The notes under the pieces were generated by a model, which did not search any database, was not told the DNA's origin, and saw only the letters and a list, made by a program, of their open reading frames with translations. A stretch of 64,000 bases of DNA from Pseudolabrys sp. (GTDB lineage: Bacteria > Pseudomonadota > Alphaproteobacteria > Rhizobiales > Xanthobacteraceae): assembly GCA_035648555.1 (NCBI GenBank), contig DASRLF010000020.1:2606-66605 (forward strand). The letters are read 5' to 3'. Positions 18,743 to 27,567 of the stretch are shown here, in pieces. Numbering within the stretch: the stretch's first letter is position 1; every line of letters begins with the position of its first letter. Made by a program: the position numbers and the translations under genes.

Positions 18743-20586
18743 GCGCACCGCTACGCCCCGTGCGCCTCGGCGCGCTCGATCCGGTGTTGGAGCGGCGCGG
18801 CGACGGCGTAATTCATATCCGCGCCAAGCAGGTGCTACCGCCTTATCACGCCAAGCTGAGCGAGCCGTTGCAGCATTGGGCCAACGCCGCGCCCGAGCGC
18901 GTGTTCCTGGCGCAGCGCGGCGCGCAAGACCGCTGGCGCACCCTGTCGTATGCGGAAGTTCTGGCGCGCGTGAAGCGCATCGGCGCTTCATTATTGCGCC
19001 GCGGGCTGTCGGCCGAGCGGCCGATCGCAATCATTTCCGGCAACGACATCGAGCACGCGCTACTGGCGCTGGCGGCGATGTATGTCGGCATTCCTTACGC
19101 GCCGATTTCGCCGGCTTATTCACTGCTATCGAGCGACTTCGGTAAATTGCGCGCCATCATCGATTTGCTGACGCCCGGCCTGGTGTTTGCCAATGACGGC
19201 GGGCCGTTCGCGCGCGCGCTTTATCAAACGGTGCCGGACGATATCGAACTGGTGGTGACGCGCAATCCGCTGGGCGACCGCCCCACCGCGCTGTTCGCCG
19301 ATCTCACCGGCGCCGACGACGACGCGGGCGTTGCCGCCGCGCACGCGAAGGTCACGCCCGACACGATCGCAAAATTTTTATTCACCTCTGGCTCGACCGG
19401 ATCGCCCAAGGCAGTCGTCAACACCCAGCGCATGCTGTGCGCTAACCAGGCGATGCTGGCGGCCGGTTTTTGTTTCGTCGCCGACCAGCCGCCGGTGGTG
19501 GTGGACTGGCTGCCGTGGAGCCATACCTTCGGCAGCAACCACAACTTCAATATGGTGCTGGTAAACGGCGGCTCGCTCTACATCGACGACGGCAATCCGA
19601 CGCCGCCGGGCGTGCCGAAGACCGTGCGTAATCTGCGCGAGATCGCGCCGACCATCTATTTCAACGTGCCGAAAGGTTACGAGGCGCTGGTGCCGCATTT
19701 CCGCGCCGACAGACAATTGGCGCAGAATTTCTTCAGCCGGCTGAAGGTGCTGTTTTACGCCGGCGCCGGGCTCAACCAGACCACCTGGGACGATCTCACC
19801 AAGCTCGCGATCGAGACCACCGGGGAGCGCATTATTTTTCTGTCCTCGCTCGGCTCGACCGAAACCGCGCCGCTGGCGCTGGCCTGCACCTGGGATTTCG
19901 GCCGCCCCGGCAATATCGGGCTGCCGGCGCCGGGCGTCGAACTCAAACTGGTGCCGAACGAAGGCAAGCTGGAGGCGCGCCTGCGCGGGCCGCACATCAC
20001 GCCGGGCTATTGGCGGCAGGATCAACTCACGCGTGAGGCGTTCGATGAGGGAGGCTTTTATAAATTGGGCGACGCGCTGAAATTCGTCGACCCCAACGAT
20101 GCCGGCAAGGGTCTGCTGTTCGACGGCCGCATTGCCGAGGACTTCAAGCTTTCGACCGGCACCTGGACCAGTGTCGGTCCCTTGCGCGCCCGCTTCATCG
20201 ATCACTTTGCGCCCTTGGTGCGGGATGTCGTGTTCGCCGGGCCCGACCGTGACGATATCGTGGCGCTGGTGATCCCCGATATCGAAGCCTGCCGCAAATT
20301 CGCCGGCCTTACGGCTGATGCGGCACCCGCCGCTGTGCTGGACGAGCCGCGCCTGCGCGCGAAATTCACCGAACTGCTCAACCAACTTGCCGTCACGAGC
20401 CGCGGCACCTCGACCCGGGTGACGCGCGCCATTCTGATGGCGGAGCCGCCATCGATGGACAAAGGTGAAATGACCGACAAGGGCTCGATCAACCAGCGCG
20501 CGGTCCTCAAAAACCGCGCCGCGCTGGTGGACGAGCTTTATGCCACGCCGCTATCCTCGCAGGTGATCGCCACCGACAGCGCCTAA
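18739..20586 (+). CDS. fcs: Feruloyl/hydroxycinnamoyl-CoA synthetase
   Basis: LFTSGSTGSPK, DWLPWSHTFGSNHN, YFNVPKGYE, LGSTETAP, EMTDKGSINQRAVL. TTG start overlaps the ech stop. Confidence 0.88.
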   Translation: MSAPLRPVRLGALDPVLERRGDGVIHIRAKQVLPPYHAKLSEPLQHWANAAPERVFLAQRGAQDRWRTLSYAEVLARVKRIGASLLRRGLSAERPIAIISGNDIEHALLALAAMYVGIPYAPISPAYSLLSSDFGKLRAIIDLLTPGLVFANDGGPFARALYQTVPDDIELVVTRNPLGDRPTALFADLTGADDDAGVAAAHAKVTPDTIAKFLFTSGSTGSPKAVVNTQRMLCANQAMLAAGFCFVADQPPVVVDWLPWSHTFGSNHNFNMVLVNGGSLYIDDGNPTPPGVPKTVRNLREIAPTIYFNVPKGYEALVPHFRADRQLAQNFFSRLKVLFYAGAGLNQTTWDDLTKLAIETTGERIIFLSSLGSTETAPLALACTWDFGRPGNIGLPAPGVELKLVPNEGKLEARLRGPHITPGYWRQDQLTREAFDEGGFYKLGDALKFVDPNDAGKGLLFDGRIAEDFKLSTGTWTSVGPLRARFIDHFAPLVRDVVFAGPDRDDIVALVIPDIEACRKFAGLTADAAPAAVLDEPRLRAKFTELLNQLAVTSRGTSTRVTRAILMAEPPSMDKGEMTDKGSINQRAVLKNRAALVDELYATPLSSQVIATDSA

Positions 20587-20598
20587 GGACACGAGATC

Positions 20599-21360
20599 AT
20601 GGACATCAAGGGACAGGCGGCCATCGTCACCGGCGGCGCATCGGGATTAGGCGCGGCCACTGCGCGTGCGCTCGCCACCGCCGGCGCCAAGGTGGCGGTG
20701 TTCGATCTCAACGAGAAAGGCGCGGCCGACGTCGCCGCCGACATCAAGGGCATCGCGGTGGCCTGCGACGTCGCCAGCGCGCAGAGCGCCAAGGCCGCGA
20801 TCGAGACCGCCAGCGCCGCGCATGGGCCGGCGCGCATTCTGATCAATTGCGCCGGCGTCGGGCCGGCCAAGCGCATCGTCGGCCGCGACGGGCCGATGCC
20901 GCTGGAAGATTACGAGAAGGTCATCCGCGTCAACCTGATCGGCACCTTCAACATGATGCGGCTCGCCGCCGCCGCCATGGCGCCGCTCGACCTGTTGCCG
21001 GAGGGCGAGCGCGGCGTGATCGTTTCGACCGCCTCGGTCGCGGCCTTCGAAGGCCAGATCGGGCAATCCGCTTATTCGTCATCCAAGGGCGGCGTCGCCG
21101 CCTTGACGCTGCCGGCGGCGCGCGAGTTCGCGTCATTCGGCGTGCGCGTGCTGGCGATCGCGCCCGGAATCTTCGGCACGCCGATGCTGCGCGCGTTGTC
21201 GCAGGAGGTACAGGACTCGCTTGGCGCCGCGGTGCCGTTCCCCAAACGCCTAGGCGAGCCGAGCGAATTCGCCGCGCTGGCGATGCACTGCATCAACAAT
21301 ACCTATCTCAACGGCGAGGTCATCCGCCTCGACGGCGCGATACGCCTGGCGCCGCGTTAA
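20599..21360 (+). CDS. SDR family 3-hydroxyacyl-CoA dehydrogenase (type II, HSD17B10-like)
   Basis: [33 protein letters not shown]. Confidence 0.9.
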   Translation: MDIKGQAAIVTGGASGLGAATARALATAGAKVAVFDLNEKGAADVAADIKGIAVACDVASAQSAKAAIETASAAHGPARILINCAGVGPAKRIVGRDGPMPLEDYEKVIRVNLIGTFNMMRLAAAAMAPLDLLPEGERGVIVSTASVAAFEGQIGQSAYSSSKGGVAALTLPAAREFASFGVRVLAIAPGIFGTPMLRALSQEVQDSLGAAVPFPKRLGEPSEFAALAMHCINNTYLNGEVIRLDGAIRLAPR

Positions 21361-21776
21361 TGATCACAAACAGCCGCAAGGTTCGTATCGAATGGGGCGA
21401 CTGCGACCCCGCCGGCATTATTTTCTATCCGCGCTATTTCGAAATCTTCGACGCCTCGACCTCGGCGTTGTTCGAGCGCGCGATGGGCATGACCAAAATT
21501 CAATTGCTCAAGACCTTCAACTTCGCCGGCTATCCGCTGGCGAAAACGCGCGCGCGGTTCCTCAAGCCCACGCGTTTCGGCGACGACGTGACGGTGGATA
21601 CGTCCGTCAAATTCGGCCGCGCCAGTTTCGAGATCGAACACCGGCTCAGCCTGAACGGCGAGACTTGCGTCGAATGTTCGGAGACCCGCGTCTGGGTGGT
21701 GCGCGATCCGGCAACCGGCGGCATCAAGTCGCACGCGGTTCCGGCGGCGGTGCTGGCGAAGTTCAAAGCGCCCTAG
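21360..21776 (+). CDS. Acyl-CoA thioesterase (4-hydroxybenzoyl-CoA thioesterase family)
   Basis: IEWGDCDPAGIIFYPRYF motif; ATG overlaps the SDR stop (TAATG). Confidence 0.9.
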   Translation: MITNSRKVRIEWGDCDPAGIIFYPRYFEIFDASTSALFERAMGMTKIQLLKTFNFAGYPLAKTRARFLKPTRFGDDVTVDTSVKFGRASFEIEHRLSLNGETCVECSETRVWVVRDPATGGIKSHAVPAAVLAKFKAP

Positions 21777-21781
21777 CGGCC

Positions 21782-22312
21782 TTACTCGATCTCCGCCGCC
21801 AGCCTTTTCAAAATCTGGATGAACCGCTTGCGGTCGCGTTGCCCGATGATGCCGTCCATCACGCGCTCGTGCCGGCGCGCGCAGCGCGTCAGGTCGGTGA
21901 GCGTCTTCTTGCCGGCCGGCGTCAAATTCAGCCGATAGGTGCGCCGGTCCTGGCGGGTGCGCTTGCGCTCGACCAGGCCGCGCCGCACCAGATCCTCGAC
22001 CACCGGGGTGAGGCTCGATTTGTCGCGGCCGTTGGCATGGCTCAACTCGGTCTGGCTGATGCCGGGGTTGCGCGCGATGATCGTCAGCGTGGCGAAACGG
22101 CCCGGGCTTTCGCCGATCTCCTGCGAACGGCGCGAAAACGCCTGAAAGGAGGACTCCTGCGCCATGCGCAGATTGAAGCCGACCCAGTACTCGAGCGGTC
22201 CGAATCTGACCGATTCGGCAATGGCTTCGCCGTTCTTGCCGCGCCGCACCCGATTGGCGCCGTTGGTCGCCCGCACTGTCGTTGCCCTCACCCGGCCGCC
22301 TGCACTCCGCAA
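21782..22312 (-). CDS. MarR family transcriptional regulator (start codon uncertain)
   Basis: PGISQTELS...DKSSLTPVVEDLVRRGLVERKR..DRRTYRLNLTPAG winged helix. Confidence 0.92.
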   Translation of the reverse strand: MRSAGGRVRATTVRATNGANRVRRGKNGEAIAESVRFGPLEYWVGFNLRMAQESSFQAFSRRSQEIGESPGRFATLTIIARNPGISQTELSHANGRDKSSLTPVVEDLVRRGLVERKRTRQDRRTYRLNLTPAGKKTLTDLTRCARRHERVMDGIIGQRDRKRFIQILKRLAAEIE

Positions 22313-22320
22313 GCCGGTAC

Positions 22321-22340
22321 ATAGTTTGATATCAAACTAT
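22321..22340. promoter_or_regulatory. Putative MarR operator, perfect 20-bp palindrome ATAGTTTGATATCAAACTAT
   Basis: Exact self-reverse-complement between divergent marR and dctP. Confidence 0.75.
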
Positions 22341-22422
22341 AACCTTTACAACGTCCACGACATGCGGCTGAATAATAAAAAAGTTGGCAAGCAAACCAAC
22401 ACCCAACCGAGGGAGGAAGTCC

Positions 22423-23448
22423 ATGAAAATTCGCTTCGCCGTCAGCGCGGTGGTGATCGCCGGCCTGATCAGCGGCCCGGCGCTCGCCCAGGAAAAGACC
22501 TTCGAACTCAAGCTTTCGCACTGGGTGCCGGCCTCGCATCCGCTGCAAAAGGCGCTGGAAGACTGGGGCGCCGCGGTCGAGAAAGCATCCGGCGGCACGC
22601 TGCATTACAAAGTTTATCCGGCGCAGCAGCTCGGCAAAGCCTTCGACCATTACGACATGGCGCGCGACGGCATCGCCGACCTCACTTATATCAATCCCGG
22701 CTATCAGCCCGGCCGCTTCCCGATCATCGCCGCCGGCGAATTGCCGTTCTTGATTTCGGACACCAAGGGCGGCTCGGAAGGACTCGACGTCTGGTATCGA
22801 AAATATGCAGCAGCCGAAATGAAGGACGTGAAATTCTGCCTCGCCTTCATCCACGCGCCGAGCTCGTTCCACTCGAGCACCAAGAAGATCGTGCTGCCTG
22901 GCGACATCAAGGACATGAAGATACGTCCTGCCGACGCGACCATCGCGAACTTCGTCACGTTGCTCGGCGGCACCAACGTTCAATCGTCGGCCCCCGAAGT
23001 ACGCGACATCATCGAGCGCCACGTCGCCGACGCCGTGACCTTCCCGTGGGGATCGCTGGTGCTGTTCGGCATCGACAAGGTGACGAAGTATCACATGGAT
23101 GCGCCACTCTACGTCACCACCTTCGCCTTCGTGTTCAACAAGGACAAATACAACCAGATGTCCGATCGGCAGAAGAAGGCGATCGACGACAACTGCAACA
23201 CCGAAGCAGCCGCCCGTGTCGGCGGGCCATGGGGCAAGTTCGAGGACGCCGGCGTCGACAAGGTGAAGGCTGAACCTGGACAAGAGGTTTACAAGCTCAC
23301 GGCCGAGCAGACCGCGGCGTGGAAGAAAGCGGCCGAGCCGCTGGTCAAGACCTGGGCCGATGGCGTCAAGAAGGTTGGCGTCGATCCCGACGTCGCGATG
23401 AAGGAACTTCGCGCCGACCTTGCTAAATATAACGCGCTGGCGAAGTAA
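22423..23448 (+). CDS. dctP: TRAP transporter substrate-binding protein (DctP family; aromatic-acid context)
   Basis: Signal peptide; LKLSHWVPASHP, YPAQQLG, IRPA, DAVTFPW; GGAGG RBS. Confidence 0.9.
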   Translation: MKIRFAVSAVVIAGLISGPALAQEKTFELKLSHWVPASHPLQKALEDWGAAVEKASGGTLHYKVYPAQQLGKAFDHYDMARDGIADLTYINPGYQPGRFPIIAAGELPFLISDTKGGSEGLDVWYRKYAAAEMKDVKFCLAFIHAPSSFHSSTKKIVLPGDIKDMKIRPADATIANFVTLLGGTNVQSSAPEVRDIIERHVADAVTFPWGSLVLFGIDKVTKYHMDAPLYVTTFAFVFNKDKYNQMSDRQKKAIDDNCNTEAAARVGGPWGKFEDAGVDKVKAEPGQEVYKLTAEQTAAWKKAAEPLVKTWADGVKKVGVDPDVAMKELRADLAKYNALAK

Positions 23449-23473
23449 ACCGGCGCGCCAACGATATTGGACT

Positions 23474-23502
23474 ATCGGCGGCGGGGATCCCCCGCCGCCG
23501 AT
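23474..23502 (+). terminator. GC-rich 13-bp hairpin between dctP and dctQ (attenuator or mRNA-stabilising stem, no U tract)
   Basis: ATCGGCGGCGGGG-ATC-CCCCGCCGCCGAT. Confidence 0.55.
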
Positions 23503-23531
23503 TCTACTGACTGTCGGAGTCTGGTGCGGCC

Positions 23532-24041
23532 ATGAAACGCGTCACCATGGATCGTTTCATCGATACGATCGAATGGATCGCTGCGTTTTTTATCGGCATT
23601 GTCGCACTCAACATTTTCGTCGCCGTGCTGCTGCGTAACATTTTCAATTACGCGATTCCGGATTCTTACGACTTCGGCCGGCTGCTGCTCGGCATTCTTA
23701 TTTTCTGGGGCATCGCGGCGACGTCGTATCGCGGCGGCCATATCACCGTCGATCTGATCTGGGCCAATGTCGGCCCGAAATACCAGCGCATGATCGACGT
23801 GTTCGCGACGCTGGTGCTGCTGTTCGTCGTGGCGGTGCAGACCTACACGCTGTTCGACAAGGTGCGCGGCACTTATTACGACCACGTGCTGACGTTCGAC
23901 CTGCGCCTGCCGACCTGGCCGTTCTTCGCGGTCGCCTGGATCGGCGACGTGTCCGCCGTGCTGCTGATCGCGGTTCGCACCTACCGTCTGATCTTCCAGC
24001 CGGATTTAATGCACGACACTAAAATCAAACCGGTTGAGTGA
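23532..24041 (+). CDS. dctQ: TRAP transporter small permease
   Basis: 4 TM segments; GGHITVDL motif. Confidence 0.9.
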   Translation: MKRVTMDRFIDTIEWIAAFFIGIVALNIFVAVLLRNIFNYAIPDSYDFGRLLLGILIFWGIAATSYRGGHITVDLIWANVGPKYQRMIDVFATLVLLFVVAVQTYTLFDKVRGTYYDHVLTFDLRLPTWPFFAVAWIGDVSAVLLIAVRTYRLIFQPDLMHDTKIKPVE

Positions 24042-24051
24042 AAGAGACGCG

Positions 24052-25362
24052 ATGAGCACCGAGGCCGTCGCAATTCTGGGCTTTGTCTCGTTGTTCGGCT
24101 TGATGCTGCTACGCGTCCCGGTCGGCATGGCGATGGGCTTGGTCGGCGTCACCGGCTTTAGCTATCTGGTCGGCGCCGGGCCGGCGCTCAAGCTGGTCGG
24201 CGCGACGTCGATGCGCACCGTCACCGACTACACTTTCGGCGTCATCCCGATGTTCCTGCTGATGGGCACCTTCGTGTCCAATTCCGGCATGAGCCGGCAG
24301 CTGTTCAGTGCGGCCAACGGTTTCGTCGGACATCTGCGCGGCGGCCTGGGCTTCGCCACCGTCGCCGCTTGCGGCGGCTTTGCCGCAATCTGCGGCTCGT
24401 CGGTGGCGACCGCGGCGACATTCTCCGCCGTCGCCTATCCGGAGATGCGGCGCCACGGCTACCCGCAGAGCTTCGCCACCGGCGTCATCGCCGCCGGCGG
24501 CACGCTCGGCGCCATGCTGCCGCCGTCAACGGTGCTCGCGGTTTACGGCATCATCACCGAACAGGATATCGGCAAGCTGTTCATGGCCGGAATAGTTCCC
24601 GGCATTCTGGCGATGCTGATGTATCTCTGCACCATTGCGGTCATCGGCTATGTGCGGCCCGGTTTTCTGCCGACCGGCCCGCGCGCCAGCTGGGCGCAGC
24701 GAATGTCCGGGCTGAAGGAAATCTGGGCGCCCGCGCTGCTGTTTATCTTCGTCATCGGCGGGCTCTATGGCCTGCCGTTCCTGCCGCGCTTCACGCCGAC
24801 CGAAGCCGGCGGCGTCGGCGCCAGCGGGGCACTCGTGATCGGCGTCCTTACCGGCAAGCTCAACAAAGAGAAAATCCTGATGTCGCTGCTGCAGGCGACG
24901 CGCACGGCGGCGGCGGTATTCACGGTGCTGATCGGCGCGCTGATCTTCGGCTATTTCCTCACCATCACGCAGACGCCGCAGCGGGTCACCGAATTTCTCA
25001 CCGGGCTCGGGCTCGGCAGTTACGGCGTGCTGGCACTGATCATGCTGATGTATCTGGTGCTCGGCTGCCTGATGGATGCGATGGCGATGATCATCCTGAC
25101 CGTGCCGATCATCTTCCCGGTCGTGACCCATCTCGGTTTCAATCCGATCTGGTTCGGCGTGATCATCGTGATGACGGTCGAACTCGGGCTCATTCATCCG
25201 CCGGTCGGGATGAACGTGTTCGTGATCAAAAGCGTGGTGAAGGACGTGAGTTTCGCCACGATTTTCAAGGGCGTAATCCCCTTTATCATCACCGATCTGA
25301 TCCGGCTGGTGATCCTGATCGCCTTCCCGATTCTGGCGCTTTGGCTACCCTCGCATATGTAA
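24052..25362 (+). CDS. dctM: TRAP transporter large permease
   Basis: IPMFLLMG, FAAICGSSVATAA, GGTLGAMLPPS, GLIHPPVGMNVFV. Confidence 0.93.
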   Translation: MSTEAVAILGFVSLFGLMLLRVPVGMAMGLVGVTGFSYLVGAGPALKLVGATSMRTVTDYTFGVIPMFLLMGTFVSNSGMSRQLFSAANGFVGHLRGGLGFATVAACGGFAAICGSSVATAATFSAVAYPEMRRHGYPQSFATGVIAAGGTLGAMLPPSTVLAVYGIITEQDIGKLFMAGIVPGILAMLMYLCTIAVIGYVRPGFLPTGPRASWAQRMSGLKEIWAPALLFIFVIGGLYGLPFLPRFTPTEAGGVGASGALVIGVLTGKLNKEKILMSLLQATRTAAAVFTVLIGALIFGYFLTITQTPQRVTEFLTGLGLGSYGVLALIMLMYLVLGCLMDAMAMIILTVPIIFPVVTHLGFNPIWFGVIIVMTVELGLIHPPVGMNVFVIKSVVKDVSFATIFKGVIPFIITDLIRLVILIAFPILALWLPSHM

Positions 25363-25377
25363 CCCCAATCTGGTAAT

Positions 25378-25397
25378 ATAGTTGGGGTCCCAACTAT
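25378..25397. promoter_or_regulatory. Putative MarR operator, third copy (ATAGTTGGGGTCCCAACTAT)
   Basis: Palindromic at 18/20 positions, 14/20 identical to the 22321 site, 16 nt upstream of the iorA ATG. Confidence 0.65.
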
Positions 25398-25413
25398 CTA
25401 CCAAGGCCTGACG

Positions 25414-27567
25414 ATGGAACGCTCGTTTAAAAAAGAGGTGCAGGCGCTCAGGCTGGGCGACGGCGAGACCTTCCGCGGCGAAGGCATCCTGGCCGTCACC
25501 AAGGCGTTGCTGCAATCGGGCGTGTCCTATGTCGGCGGCTACCAGGGCGCGCCGGTGTCGCATCTGCTCGACGTGCTGGTGGATGCCGAAGACATCATGG
25601 CCGAGCTCGGAGTCCATCTGGAAACCTGCTCGAACGAAGCCTCCGCCGCCGCCATGCTGGGCGCTTCGATCAATTATCCGCTGCGCGGCGCGGTGACCTG
25701 GAAATCGATCGTCGGCACCAATGTGGCCGCCGACGCGTTGTCCAATCTGTCGTCGCCCGGCGTGGTCGGCGGCGCCATGATCATTCTCGGCGAGGATTAC
25801 GGCGAAGGCGCCAGCGTGATCCAGGAACGCTCCTATGCCTATGCGCTGAAATCCTCGATGTGGCTGCTCGATCCGCGCCCCGATCTGCCGTCGATCGTGC
25901 GCATGGTGGAGAAAGGCTTCGAGCTGTCGGAGGCAAGCCACGCGCCGGTGATGCTGGAGCTGCGCATCCGCGCCTGCCACGCTACCGGCGAATTCGCCGC
26001 CAAGGATAATCGCAAGGGTGCGATCTCCGGCCTCGACAAGCTGGCCGGCCCGCCGCGCTTCAACTATGGCCGGCTGGCCCATCCGCCGGTGATCTTCAGC
26101 CAGGAGAAACTGAAGATCGAGGAACGCCTGCCGGCTGCGCGCGCCTTCATCCGCGAGCATAAACTCAACGAATGCATCGCTGGCGATCTCGGCGATATCG
26201 GCATCATCGTCATGGGTGGGTTGACCAACTCTGTGCTGCGCGCGCTCGAGCGCATCGGATTGGCCGACGTATTCGGCGTCTCGCGCGTGCCGCTGCTGGT
26301 GCTCAACGTGGTCTATCCGCTGGTGCCGGAGGAAATCCGCGAATTCTGCGCCGGCAAGCGCGCCGTGCTTATCGTCGAGGAGGGCAACCCCGACTACATC
26401 GAGCAGGCGGTCAACGTCGAATTACGCCGCGCCGACATCCAGACCCGTGTGCTCGGCAAGGGTCCGCTGCCGCAGGCCGGCGAATACACCTCCGACGTAC
26501 TGCTGGAAGGCCTGGCGGCATTTCTGCAAACCGCGAAGCCGAACGGCGTCGACGCCGAGACCGTGGCCGAAAAAGCCCGCGGGCTGATCGCCCATAAAGC
26601 CAAGGCTGCCGCGGCGCTTGGGCCATTACCCCCGCGCCCCCCGGCCTTCTGCACCGGCTGCCCGGAGCGCCCCGTTTTTTCCGCCATCAAACTGATGCAG
26701 CGCGAACTGGGGCCGACCCACATCAGCGCCGACATCGGCTGCCATTCGTTCGCGACCTTCGCGCCGTTCAGCATGGGCAATTCGATTCTGGGCTACGGCA
26801 TGTCGCTGGCGAGCGCCGCGGCGGTGACACCGAACATGGACAAGCGCCCGATCGCGATCATGGGCGACGGCGGCTTCTGGCATAATGGGCTGATCACCGG
26901 CGTCGCCTCGAATTTGTTCAACAAAGGCGACGGCGTTTTGATCGTGATGCAGAACGGCTACGCCTCCGCGACCGGCCAGCAATACATCCCGTCGAGCGTG
27001 ACCAGCCGCGACGGCGCGGTACCCGGCATGGATATTGAGCAGACGTTGCGCATCATGGGCGTGAAATGGCTGCGCACCGTGCGCACCTATAGCGTCAGCG
27101 TGATGGTGAAGGCGCTGAAAGAAGCCATGCGCACCGCCGAGCGCGGCCTCAAGGTCATCATTGCCGATGGCGAATGCCAGCTGGCGCGCCAGCGCCGCGT
27201 GCGCGCCGAGGACGCCGTCAAGCTCGAGCGCGGTGAGCGCGTGACACGCACACGCTACGGCGTCGACGACGAGATCTGCACCGGCGATCATTCCTGCATT
27301 CGTCTGTCCGGCTGCCCATCGCTGACGGTGAAACCGTCTACCGACCCGCTGCGCAGCGATCCAGTGGCAACGGTGATCGAGTCTTGCGTGGGCTGCGGGC
27401 TGTGCGGCGAAGTCGCGCATGCGGCAGTACTGTGCCCCTCGTTTTACCGCGCAGAGATCGTGCGCAACGCCACCTGGCGCGACCGCGCGGCATTTCGCAT
27501 CCGACAGAAAGTCATCGGCTGGCTCGGCGGCTATGGCGGCGAGGCTGCGGCAAAGGCCGCATCATGA
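25414..27567 (+). CDS. iorA: Indolepyruvate:ferredoxin oxidoreductase-like alpha subunit
   Basis: GGYQGAP, FCTGCPERP, DIGCH, TPP motif GDGGFWHNG, C-terminal ferredoxin CTGDHSC...CVGCGLC. Confidence 0.88.
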   Translation: MERSFKKEVQALRLGDGETFRGEGILAVTKALLQSGVSYVGGYQGAPVSHLLDVLVDAEDIMAELGVHLETCSNEASAAAMLGASINYPLRGAVTWKSIVGTNVAADALSNLSSPGVVGGAMIILGEDYGEGASVIQERSYAYALKSSMWLLDPRPDLPSIVRMVEKGFELSEASHAPVMLELRIRACHATGEFAAKDNRKGAISGLDKLAGPPRFNYGRLAHPPVIFSQEKLKIEERLPAARAFIREHKLNECIAGDLGDIGIIVMGGLTNSVLRALERIGLADVFGVSRVPLLVLNVVYPLVPEEIREFCAGKRAVLIVEEGNPDYIEQAVNVELRRADIQTRVLGKGPLPQAGEYTSDVLLEGLAAFLQTAKPNGVDAETVAEKARGLIAHKAKAAAALGPLPPRPPAFCTGCPERPVFSAIKLMQRELGPTHISADIGCHSFATFAPFSMGNSILGYGMSLASAAAVTPNMDKRPIAIMGDGGFWHNGLITGVASNLFNKGDGVLIVMQNGYASATGQQYIPSSVTSRDGAVPGMDIEQTLRIMGVKWLRTVRTYSVSVMVKALKEAMRTAERGLKVIIADGECQLARQRRVRAEDAVKLERGERVTRTRYGVDDEICTGDHSCIRLSGCPSLTVKPSTDPLRSDPVATVIESCVGCGLCGEVAHAAVLCPSFYRAEIVRNATWRDRAAFRIRQKVIGWLGGYGGEAAAKAAS

